The translations under genes and the position numbers were made by a program. Of a stretch of DNA of 64,000 bases, positions 26,675 through 34,454 are shown piece after piece. The DNA comes from an uncultured Muribaculaceae bacterium. GTDB taxonomy: Bacteria; Bacillota_I; Bacilli_A; RF39; UBA660. The stretch is from positions 8,289 to 72,288 of the forward strand of contig CAZELY010000001.1 in the NCBI GenBank assembly GCA_964513345.1, given 5' to 3'. A model generated the notes under the pieces. That model saw only the letters and a list, made by a program, of their open reading frames with translations, was not told the origin of the DNA and did no database searches. Each line of letters starts with the position of its first letter. Positions within the stretch are counted from its first letter, which is position 1.

Positions 26675-28837
26675 TTGACAAAGTATAAGGCATGCAACAC
26701 TTTTGATGTCTTAGAAGAAAAAGTTAAAACTTATATTACTGATGAAGAGGATTTAAAACTTATTAAAAAAGCATATGACTATGCTTATGACAAACATTTT
26801 GGAGAAAAACGTCTAACGGGTGAGGATTATATAACTCATCCGTTAAATGTCGCTTATATTTTGACGAGTATCAACGCTGATGCATCGACAATTGCCGCTG
26901 CGCTTTTGCACGATGTATTAGACGATAATGACATTGATATCGATGAATTTAAGGAAATGTTTGGCGAAGATATCTTATCGATAGTTCAAGGTGTTAATAA
27001 AATTAATAAATTGAATTTTTCTGGTGAGTCTGAATCAGTAATCAATAATCAAAGAAAAATTTTAGTTGGATTGTCGGAAGATGTTCGCGTAATTATTATT
27101 AAACTTGCTGATAGATTACACGATATGAATACATTGTATGTATTAGATGAAAAAGAACAAAAAGAAACAGCCAAAGAAACTTTAGATATTTTGGCACCGA
27201 TCGCCCATCGTTTAGGTATGAATACTATTAAATCGGAACTTGAAGAAAAATCATTGAGATATTTAAAACCAGACGAATATTATGCGATTGTGGAAAAATT
27301 AAATGCTTCCAAAGCAGAACGTGATTTAAGCGTTAGTAAGATGATCGAAAGTGTTTCTGAACTTTTAAATAAACATGGAATTAAGCACAGCATAAAGGGT
27401 CGTAGTAAAAGCATATATAGTATTTATAAAAAATTGGATAAAGGTAAAAGATTTAGTGATATATACGATTTACTTGCCTTAAGAGTTTTTGTAAATACTG
27501 AAGAAGAATGCTATCAGGCATTGGGTATTATTCATTCAAAATTCAAACCAAAACCAAATAGATTCAAAGACTATATTGCAATGCCAAAAACCAATATGTA
27601 TCAGTCTTTGCACACAACAGTTTTTGGTTTCGATGGGCAATTATATGAAATTCAAATAAGAACCTATGATATGGATAGAGTAGCCGAAAGCGGAATCGCT
27701 TCACACTGGTCTTACAAAGAAAAAGGCAGTAACAGGGCTGCTATCCAAAGTGATATGGAGCAAAAATTACAATTTTTTAAATCGATCATGGAATTAAAGC
27801 AGTCTGAAGGAAATGATGAAGATTTTGTTAATTCTGTTAAAGAAGATGTTTTAAAAAATACTATTTATATATTTACTCCAAAAGGCGACGTTATCGAACT
27901 GCCAAGCGGATCAACACCAATAGATTTTGCCTATAAAGTTCATACCAAAGTCGGCGACAGTATGACCGGAGCTATTGTTAATAATCAAATGGTATCATTA
28001 GATTATATTTTACAAAATAATGATGTTGTTAAAATTATTACAAATAATAATTCAACTGGTCCAAGCCACGAATGGTTAAATATCGCTAAAACAGTTCAAG
28101 CAAGAAACAAAATTAAAAGTTTCTTCATCAAAGCTGATAAAGACGAGAATATAAAAAATGGTGAGGAATTATTACAAAAAGAATTACGAAAGAAAAAAAT
28201 TAATATATCTGATTTTCAAACTGAAGAAAATTTAAATAAAGTGTTTATTAATTTTAAAGTAGGCTCTTTAAATGAACTATATGCTCATATTGGTTCTAAT
28301 AAAATATCTGCCGAAAATGTTATTGAATCTTTAAATAAGGTAGAAGTCACTAAAGAAGAAAAATTATTTGAAAAAGCAATTAAACTTGCTAAAACGAGCG
28401 ATAAAGAAGGGGTAATCGCCGTTGCCGGCATCGAAAACATAAAAGTAAATATTGCTTCATGTTGTAAGCCTGTACCGGGTGATAAAATAGTTGGATATAT
28501 TACAAAAGGAAATGGAATAACAGTTCATCGTTTACAATGTCCAAATGTTTCGCACTTAAATGAAAGATTAATCGATGTAGAATGGAAAGAAACAAAGGAA
28601 AAATTTCCAGCCACAATACTAATTCATGCTGGATTAGAAAACGAATTATTATTAAAAATAGTTTCTAAAGCTGCTAATCGTGACATCGGAGTTAAGAATA
28701 TAGTGAATACTAGTAATATAGATAATCAAAGTATTGAATTGACTATCGTTGTTCACGATTTAGAAGAATTAAATAAATTTATGGTTGATCTTAAAATGAT
28801 CGAATCTATTAAAGAAGTTGAAAGGTTAGTAAAATGA
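26675..28837 (+). CDS. relA: Bifunctional (p)ppGpp synthetase/hydrolase (RelA/SpoT homolog)
   Basis: HD domain (HPLNVA...LLHDVLDD). Synthetase motifs (DLLALRV, YQSLHTTV, EIQIRT). TGS and ACT-like C-terminus. TTG start after AGAGGTGA. Confidence 0.95.
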   Translation: MTKYKACNTFDVLEEKVKTYITDEEDLKLIKKAYDYAYDKHFGEKRLTGEDYITHPLNVAYILTSINADASTIAAALLHDVLDDNDIDIDEFKEMFGEDILSIVQGVNKINKLNFSGESESVINNQRKILVGLSEDVRVIIIKLADRLHDMNTLYVLDEKEQKETAKETLDILAPIAHRLGMNTIKSELEEKSLRYLKPDEYYAIVEKLNASKAERDLSVSKMIESVSELLNKHGIKHSIKGRSKSIYSIYKKLDKGKRFSDIYDLLALRVFVNTEEECYQALGIIHSKFKPKPNRFKDYIAMPKTNMYQSLHTTVFGFDGQLYEIQIRTYDMDRVAESGIASHWSYKEKGSNRAAIQSDMEQKLQFFKSIMELKQSEGNDEDFVNSVKEDVLKNTIYIFTPKGDVIELPSGSTPIDFAYKVHTKVGDSMTGAIVNNQMVSLDYILQNNDVVKIITNNNSTGPSHEWLNIAKTVQARNKIKSFFIKADKDENIKNGEELLQKELRKKKINISDFQTEENLNKVFINFKVGSLNELYAHIGSNKISAENVIESLNKVEVTKEEKLFEKAIKLAKTSDKEGVIAVAGIENIKVNIASCCKPVPGDKIVGYITKGNGITVHRLQCPNVSHLNERLIDVEWKETKEKFPATILIHAGLENELLLKIVSKAANRDIGVKNIVNTSNIDNQSIELTIVVHDLEELNKFMVDLKMIESIKEVERLVK

Positions 28838-29268
28838 GAGTTGTTGTTCAAAGATCTTTGCATTCAGAAGTGAAAGTTGATAATAAAATCACCGGTAAAA
28901 TTGATAATGGATTAGTATTATTAATAGGTTTTACCGAAGGTGATACAGAAAAAACTATTGATTATATGGTAAATAAAGTCTTAAATTTGCGCATCTTTGA
29001 CGATGAAAATCATATAATGAATAAGTCAGTATTGGATGTTAATGGTGAAATATTAAGTGTTTCACAATTTACTTTATATGCTGATGCTAGTAAAGGGAAT
29101 CGTCCTAGTTATATTAAAGCTTTGAATCAAGAAAAGGCTAGTAAATTATATGATATTTTTAACGAAAAACTGGCTAAGCATATTAAAGTTGAAACTGGTA
29201 TTTTTAGAGCTGATATGTTAGTATCAATTCAAAATGATGGACCAGTGACAATTATTTTAGAAAAGTAG
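28834..29268 (+). CDS. dtd: D-aminoacyl-tRNA deacylase
   Basis: MRVVVQR...SQFTLYAD...GNRPSY...NDGPVT conserved Dtd motifs. ATGA overlap with relA. Confidence 0.93.
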   Translation: MRVVVQRSLHSEVKVDNKITGKIDNGLVLLIGFTEGDTEKTIDYMVNKVLNLRIFDDENHIMNKSVLDVNGEILSVSQFTLYADASKGNRPSYIKALNQEKASKLYDIFNEKLAKHIKVETGIFRADMLVSIQNDGPVTIILEK

Positions 29269-29291
29269 TAAGTAAGACTTACTATTTTTTT
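29266..29291 (+). terminator. Rho-independent terminator after dtd
   Basis: AGTAAG-TAAGA-CTTACT followed by a T-run. Confidence 0.7.
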
Positions 29292-29313
29292 ATTAAAATT
29301 TACTTGCTTCAAC

Positions 29314-29342
29314 TTGACAAATAACAAATTTAATGCTAGTAT
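29314..29342 (+). promoter_or_regulatory. Putative SigA-type promoter of first adhesin gene
   Basis: TTGACA (29314-29319), 17-nt spacer, TAGTAT. Confidence 0.4.
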
Positions 29343-29398
29343 AACACCTCGTAAGTGGGTTTTTATAATTGTCTATACTTTATTAAGGGGGGAAAAAT

Positions 29399-30925
29399 AT
29401 GACAAAAATACTTAAAAACGTGAGCAAATTACTTGCTTGTACTTTAGTAGTTCTATTAACTTTTGTTCTAACATTATCAACGGCAACTGCTAAAGCACCA
29501 AACACCATAACAATTAAAGCGGCCGACTATACAAAGGATTTCTTAAACAACAATGACAATGCAATGTTTATGTATAAAACAACAGATGGAGTTACAGTAT
29601 ACTGCATGGATATTGATAAAAAACCAGTATTACAAGGACAAACAGCTAACTTAACTGGTGATGCCGATGCCGGTGTATTATACATTTTAAAAAATGGATA
29701 TCCAAACAAATCATACAGAAAGAATAATGGTATGGACGCTTACATTACGCAAATGGCTTTATGGTGGTATTTATCAGAATCTAAATTATCTGATAACTTT
29801 AAAAATGCATCTGCTGAAGTTGATAGTTACAGTTTAGTGCCAGCCGCAAGACAATTGAAAGATCTTGCTAAATCAGCTACTGCACCAGCTGAACCAAGCA
29901 TGACAGTAAGCGATGTTGCAAAAACTTTAACATTAACAAGTGATGGAAAATATTACGAATCAGCTTATATGAGCGCAACTACTAAGGTAGCTACAACATA
30001 TAATGTTGAATTAAGTGGTGCGACTAAAAGCACAGTTGTTGTCGATGAAGGAAACAGAATTGGAACAACTATGAATTCTGGTGAAAAATTTAAAGTTAGA
30101 GTACCAGCTGCTGAAGTAACTAAAGATTTAAAAATTGGTGTTAAATTTACAACAACTGCTTCAGTTGACAAAGCTAAAATTTATACACCTAGTGATAATA
30201 GTTATCAAAGAGTAGTGGGAATATTCCCAGAAACAAAAACACTTACAAAAGATGTTGAGTTAACATTAACTAAAAAAAGATCATGTGAATATGATAAAGA
30301 CACAAAAAAATACTATGGTAAAGATGGCTCAGAAGTAAACAAAGAAGAGTATCAAAAACAATGTGACCCTAGATCATGTGAATATGATAAGGACACAAAA
30401 AAATACTATGGTAAAGATGGTTCAGTAGTAACAAAAGACGAGTATACAAAACAATGTTTACATATTTGTGAATATACAGATAAAAAGTACTATGGTAAAA
30501 ATGGTACTGTAGTTACTAAAGAACAATTCAATAAAGAATGTAATAAATCATGTGAATATGATAAAGATGCCAAAAAATACTATGGTAAAGATGGCTCAGA
30601 AGTAACAAAAGAAGAATACAAAAAGCAATGTGAACACGTTTGTGAATTCTATGGTGGATCTTACTATGGTAAAGATGGTAAAAAAGTATCAGAAGCTCAA
30701 TTCGATAAAGATTGTAACAAACATGTGTGCGAATACATTGATGGCACTTATTATGGAAGTGAAGGAACTGCAGTTGATCAAAACACATATAATAATCAAT
30801 GTGGTGAAGAAGTAGTTGTTCCATCTACTGGTTCTAATGCTTCAGCATTAGCTATCATTCTAGGAACAATTATGACACTTGCTGGTGCATCTTTAATTGC
30901 TTATAGAAGAAAAACATTAGTTTAA
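29399..30925 (+). CDS. Surface adhesin with N-terminal thioester (TQXA-type) domain, six Cys-bounded repeats and a VPSTG cell-wall sorting signal
   Basis: Signal peptide ...STATA|KA. Y-C-M-D (Cys codon 29603-29605) and Y-I-T-Q-M-A-L-W-W (Gln codon 29750-29752) match the thioester-domain Cys and TQxA(I/L)W motifs. C-terminus is VPSTG plus a hydrophobic stretch plus RRK. Confidence 0.8.
   Translation: MTKILKNVSKLLACTLVVLLTFVLTLSTATAKAPNTITIKAADYTKDFLNNNDNAMFMYKTTDGVTVYCMDIDKKPVLQGQTANLTGDADAGVLYILKNGYPNKSYRKNNGMDAYITQMALWWYLSESKLSDNFKNASAEVDSYSLVPAARQLKDLAKSATAPAEPSMTVSDVAKTLTLTSDGKYYESAYMSATTKVATTYNVELSGATKSTVVVDEGNRIGTTMNSGEKFKVRVPAAEVTKDLKIGVKFTTTASVDKAKIYTPSDNSYQRVVGIFPETKTLTKDVELTLTKKRSCEYDKDTKKYYGKDGSEVNKEEYQKQCDPRSCEYDKDTKKYYGKDGSVVTKDEYTKQCLHICEYTDKKYYGKNGTVVTKEQFNKECNKSCEYDKDAKKYYGKDGSEVTKEEYKKQCEHVCEFYGGSYYGKDGKKVSEAQFDKDCNKHVCEYIDGTYYGSEGTAVDQNTYNNQCGEEVVVPSTGSNASALAIILGTIMTLAGASLIAYRRKTLV
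30284..30802 (+). repeat. Six tandem coding repeats, C-E-Y-x(2-5)-YYGKDG-x-x-V-x(3-4)-(Y/F)-x(2-3)-C
   Basis: Repeats of ~27-31 codons, each bounded by two Cys. The first two DNA units (30281-30372 and 30373-30462) are near-identical. Confidence 0.9.
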
Positions 30926-30955
30926 GAGTTAATAATTTATTAACTCTTTTCTTTT
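30924..30955 (+). terminator. Rho-independent terminator
   Basis: AAGAGTTAAT-AATTT-ATTAACTCTT followed by a T-rich run. Confidence 0.75.
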
Positions 30956-30987
30956 ACTTTACTTTACACTTCAAAATGTAAAAATCA

Positions 30988-31016
30988 TTGTTATTTATAA
31001 TAATTGTTGCTATAAT
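30988..31016 (+). promoter_or_regulatory. SigA-type promoter (TTGTTA-17-TATAAT)
   Basis: ATTGTTATTTATAATAATTGTTGCTATAAT. The first 13 nt are identical to the promoter at 32461. Confidence 0.55.
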
Positions 31017-31046
31017 GAAGATAATAAGATAGGAGAGGATTATTTT

Positions 31047-32393
31047 ATGATAAAGAAAAGTAAAAAACTACTTACTTTGATGTTCGCATTTGCTTTAGCA
31101 TTTGTATTTGGAATTAGTACATCACTTGCAGCTCCAGGCACAATAACAATAAAAGCTTCCGATTATACAAAGGATTTTTTGAATAGCGAACATAATAATG
31201 CCATGTTTATGTATAAAACAACAGATGGCGTTACTATTTACTGCATGGATATTGACAAAAAGCCGGTATTACAAGGGCAAACAGCTAATTTAACAGGTGA
31301 TGCCGATGCAGGAACACTGTATATCTTAAAAAATGGATATCCAAATAAATCGTATAGAAATAATAACGGAATGGACGCTTATATTACGCAAATGGCTTTA
31401 TGGTGGCATTTATCTGATGCCAAAGTATCTAACAATTTTAAAAATACACCAGCTGATCAAGATAAATACAGTTTAGTTTCAGCAACAAGACAATTAAAGG
31501 ATCTTGCTAAGAAAGCTACTGCACCTCAAGAACCAACTATGTCTGTAAACGAGGGAACTAAAGTTTTAACTTTGACATCTGATGGAAAATACTATGAATC
31601 ATCTTATATGAGTGCGACTGTAACTGGCACAAAGACTTATAATGTTGAATTAAGTGGTGCTACTAAAAATACTGTTATTGTCGACGAAGGAAACAATATT
31701 GGGGCAACTATGAATTCTGGCGAAAAGTTCAAAATAAGAATTCCGGTTGCTGAAGTAACTAAAGATTTAAAAATTGGTGTTAAATTTAATGCCACTGCTC
31801 GCGTGGAGAAGGCTAAAATTTACACGCCAAGTGACACTAGTTATCAAAGAGTAGTAGGAATTTTCCCAGAAGATAAAAATCTTGCAAAAAATGTTGAATT
31901 AACATTAACTAAAAAACGAGTTTGTGAGTACGATCAAACGACAAAAAAATATTATGGTAAAGATGGCTCAGAAGTAACTGAAGCACAATATAAAGAACAA
32001 TGTAAACACGTTTGTGAATATACTAACAATAAATACTATGGTAAAAACGGCACGGAAGTAACTAAAGAACAATTTAATAAAGAATGTAATAAATCTTGTG
32101 AATATGATCAAGAAAACAATACATATTATGGTAAAGATGGCTCTGTAGTAAAAAAAGAAGAATTTGAAAAACAATGTAAGCGTGTTTGTGAATACGTTGA
32201 TGGAATATATTATGGTAAAGATGGAACAGCTGTTGATCAAAATACATACAATTCACAATGCGGTGAAGAAGTAATTGTTCCGAGTACTGGTGCAAATTTC
32301 ATCTTATGGACAGTATTACTTGGTGTAATAGCTATTGCTGGAGGAACTGGTATTATCTTATATAGAGGTAATAAAGCACCAATAAAAAAATAG
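31047..32393 (+). CDS. Paralogous thioester-domain surface adhesin with four Cys-bounded repeats and a VPSTG sorting signal
   Basis: The N-terminal ~290 aa are highly similar to 29399..30925, including IYCMD and YITQMALWWH. C-terminus is VPSTG plus a hydrophobic stretch plus a basic tail. Confidence 0.8.
   Translation: MIKKSKKLLTLMFAFALAFVFGISTSLAAPGTITIKASDYTKDFLNSEHNNAMFMYKTTDGVTIYCMDIDKKPVLQGQTANLTGDADAGTLYILKNGYPNKSYRNNNGMDAYITQMALWWHLSDAKVSNNFKNTPADQDKYSLVSATRQLKDLAKKATAPQEPTMSVNEGTKVLTLTSDGKYYESSYMSATVTGTKTYNVELSGATKNTVIVDEGNNIGATMNSGEKFKIRIPVAEVTKDLKIGVKFNATARVEKAKIYTPSDTSYQRVVGIFPEDKNLAKNVELTLTKKRVCEYDQTTKKYYGKDGSEVTEAQYKEQCKHVCEYTNNKYYGKNGTEVTKEQFNKECNKSCEYDQENNTYYGKDGSVVKKEEFEKQCKRVCEYVDGIYYGKDGTAVDQNTYNSQCGEEVIVPSTGANFILWTVLLGVIAIAGGTGIILYRGNKAPIKK
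31923..32261 (+). repeat. Four tandem Cys-bounded coding repeats (same family as 30284..30802)
   Basis: CEYDQTTKKYYGKDGSEVTEAQYKEQC, CEYTNNKYYGKNGTEVTKEQFNKEC, CEYDQENNTYYGKDGSVVKKEEFEKQC, CEYVDGIYYGKDGTAVDQNTYNSQC. Confidence 0.9.
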
Positions 32394-32405
32394 GAAATCA
32401 AAATA

Positions 32406-32436
32406 AAAAGCATTTAAGTTAATAAATGCTTTTTTC
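32406..32436 (+). terminator. Rho-independent terminator
   Basis: AAAAGCATTTA-AGTTAA-TAAATGCTTTT followed by a T-run. Confidence 0.75.
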
Positions 32437-32461
32437 TTTACGTAAAGCAAACAGAAAATAA

Positions 32462-32490
32462 TTGTTATTTATAGATAATATTGTTATAAT
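32462..32490 (+). promoter_or_regulatory. SigA-type promoter (TTGTTA-17-TATAAT)
   Basis: ATTGTTATTTATAGATAATATTGTTATAAT. Confidence 0.55.
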
Positions 32491-32544
32491 ATAAGTAATG
32501 ATAACAGAGTAAAGGGAGCATATTATTTAAGAAAGGGTGATATT

Positions 32545-33408
32545 ATGAAAAAAATTAAATTTATGAAAGATGCAAAAATCACGGGTTGTTATTTTTCACC
32601 ATCAATGATGGACATTATTCAAGAAAAAATTGAAAGTGCCAAAGGATTATGGTATAAACTAGGTGCAAAATATTCTTGCCTACCAACAGCTAAAGGAAAA
32701 ATGAGTGGCAACCAGGTAGTAGCAACTTGGTCAAATATTGCTGAACAATATGGGGCTAGAATTGTAGTGACTACTGCTTTGGCTGCACTTACAGGATACA
32801 CGGCTGTAGAATTATTGCAACCGGATCAAGCTTTTGCGGCCACCGTGGACGGAGTAGATCTTGGGGATGCTCAAGTTGTTGATGTATCTGATACTCCTGC
32901 AGCAACCGAAATAGCAGCATCAGCTGCTGCAGCTATTCCAGAGCAATCATTTGAACCAGGCATTGATGCAGAAACTGGTATCGAAAAAATTGATTTTTCG
33001 GATGTTGACTATCACGAAGGCAGCGACGGTAAACCAATCGTTGAATTTGATGGTGTTGATGAAAATGGTGATTTGAATTTTACTGCTTCTGATGAAGAAC
33101 TTAATGACATAATTACTGATAAAATGGGAGGCTTCAAAGAAGATAATAGACAGCCAGAGCCAACACCAGAGCCAGAGCCAACACCAGAACCAACACCGGA
33201 GCCAACACCAGAGCCAGAGCCAGCCGAGACTGTTGACTATGTTCCAGTAACACCGGGCCCTGGGTTAGGCGCTGCTGCAGTAGCTGCTGCGGGGGCAGGG
33301 CTTGCCGCTAAAAAACTTAGCAAAAATGATAGTCAGAATATGACGATGGCTATTTATGAAAATGCTGAATCAAGCTACGATTTTGAAGCCCATAGACCTA
33401 GAAAATAA
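32545..33408 (+). CDS. Exported protein with conserved ~60-aa domain, PEPT linker, VPVTPGPG motif, C-terminal TM anchor and short cytoplasmic tail
   Basis: Long N-terminal signal-like region. Block ETGIEKIDFSDVDYHEGSDGKPIVEFDGVDENGDLNFTASDEELN is shared with 33543..34295. (PEPT)n linker. Ala/Gly-rich TM helix followed by KKLSK and ~30 more residues. Confidence 0.6.
   Translation: MKKIKFMKDAKITGCYFSPSMMDIIQEKIESAKGLWYKLGAKYSCLPTAKGKMSGNQVVATWSNIAEQYGARIVVTTALAALTGYTAVELLQPDQAFAATVDGVDLGDAQVVDVSDTPAATEIAASAAAAIPEQSFEPGIDAETGIEKIDFSDVDYHEGSDGKPIVEFDGVDENGDLNFTASDEELNDIITDKMGGFKEDNRQPEPTPEPEPTPEPTPEPTPEPEPAETVDYVPVTPGPGLGAAAVAAAGAGLAAKKLSKNDSQNMTMAIYENAESSYDFEAHRPRK
33154..33222 (+). repeat. Coding micro-repeat (CCA GAG CCA ACA)n encoding PEPTPEPEPTPEPTPEPTPEPEP
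   Basis: Direct reading of 23 codons of Pro/Glu/Thr. Confidence 0.9.
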
Positions 33409-33411
33409 TAC

Positions 33412-33435
33412 AAGTACCGAAAGGTACTTTTTTAT
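33412..33435 (+). terminator. Rho-independent terminator
   Basis: AAGTACC-GAAA-GGTACTT followed by T-run. Confidence 0.8.
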
Positions 33436-33446
33436 TACATCTAAAG

Positions 33447-33475
33447 TTGACAAATATATTATTTTGTGCTATTAT
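33447..33475 (+). promoter_or_regulatory. SigA-type promoter (TTGACA-17-TATTAT with TG extension)
   Basis: TTGACA 33447-33452 and TATTAT 33470-33475, preceded by TGC. Confidence 0.6.
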
Positions 33476-33542
33476 AACCGCCGTATGAAGGGGGATTTAC
33501 TATAAAAAGGGAATTTTCTTTCACAAAAAGGAGGTTTTGAAA

Positions 33543-34295
33543 ATGAGATTTAAACTTGTAACACAAAACTTATTTAATAATGCTGTTGATGTTATTTCGA
33601 CAAAAGGTAAAAGTATTGTGAGAAATGCAGGAAAAATTACCGCTGCTTTTGGTATTACTTTTGCATTGATGGGTGGCATGGGTGCTGTTCAAGCATATGC
33701 TAATGAATCAGACACTAATACTAATAATGATACTCCAGCTAAGATTGAAAATAGTGATGCATCTATGAATAATGTTGATGGTATAGCTGTTGAAGGAACG
33801 GTTGTTAATGTGGAAGATGCTGGTGCAAATTCAAAAGGTTCTAATGAATCTGCTGGAAAAACTATTGACGAAGAAACTGGTATTGAAATTATTGACTATT
33901 CAGACGTTGATTACCACGCAGGTAATGATGGTAAACCGATCGTTGAATTTGATGGTGTTGACGAAAATGGAGATTTGAATTTCACTGCTTCTGATGATGA
34001 ACTTAATAAAATTATTGATGAAAAAATGGGTGGATTTAAAGCTGATAATAGACAGCCAGATCCAGAACCGACACCAGACCCAGAACCAACACCAGATCCA
34101 GAACCAACACCAACTGTTGATTATGTCCCAGTAACACCTGGTCCTGGTTTTGCTTTTGTTGCTCTTAGTGGTTTAGCAGGTGGTGCATTAGCTACTAGAA
34201 AAAAATTAAGCAAAGTAGCAAGTCAAAAAAATCGTTTAGCTATCTACGAAACACCTAATTATGATTTCGAAGATTATAAAAGCTTTATTCGATAA
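33543..34295 (+). CDS. Paralog of 32545..33408 (conserved domain, PDPEPT linker, VPVTPGPG, TM anchor, cytoplasmic tail)
   Basis: ATG 33543 lies 8 nt after AAGGAGG (track start TTG 33537 is too close to the RBS). Signal peptide ...AVQAYA|NE. Same conserved block and same C-terminal architecture. Confidence 0.6.
   Translation: MRFKLVTQNLFNNAVDVISTKGKSIVRNAGKITAAFGITFALMGGMGAVQAYANESDTNTNNDTPAKIENSDASMNNVDGIAVEGTVVNVEDAGANSKGSNESAGKTIDEETGIEIIDYSDVDYHAGNDGKPIVEFDGVDENGDLNFTASDDELNKIIDEKMGGFKADNRQPDPEPTPDPEPTPDPEPTPTVDYVPVTPGPGFAFVALSGLAGGALATRKKLSKVASQKNRLAIYETPNYDFEDYKSFIR
34056..34112 (+). repeat. Coding micro-repeat encoding PDPEPTPDPEPTPDPEPTP
   Basis: Direct reading. Confidence 0.9.
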
Positions 34296-34309
34296 TTGTT
34301 ATATACATT

Positions 34310-34335
34310 AAAACGCCAAATTGGCGTTTTAATTT
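34310..34335 (+). terminator. Rho-independent terminator
   Basis: AAAACGCCAA/TTGGCGTTTT palindrome followed by a T-rich run. Confidence 0.7.
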
Positions 34336-34355
34336 GTATATTTTTTTCTTTATGC

Positions 34356-34384
34356 TTGTAATAATTATTTATCAATGTTATAAT
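34356..34384 (+). promoter_or_regulatory. SigA-type promoter (TTGTAA-17-TATAAT, TG-extended)
   Basis: TTGTAA 34356-34361. ATGTTATAAT ends at 34384. Confidence 0.5.
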
Positions 34385-34454
34385 ACATATGTATAAGGTA
34401 GATTATCTTAAAATGTTTTTGTATTGTATTTACAAATAAAAAGAGGTGATAATT

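Noticed and set aside
30528-32295. Antisense and alternative-frame ORFs inside the adhesin repeat regions (30528..30824, 30630..30815, 31968..32240, 32074..32295).
   Set aside because: They are generated by the periodic repeat sequence. The sense frame has a signal peptide, thioester motifs and a sorting signal, whereas these have none.
33154-33222. Short tandem DNA repeats (CCAGAGCCAACA)n, and their counterpart at 34056..34112, considered as a CRISPR or other non-coding array.
   Set aside because: They are in-frame codon repeats encoding Pro-Glu/Asp-Pro-Thr linkers inside long ORFs. There are no spacers and no cas genes.
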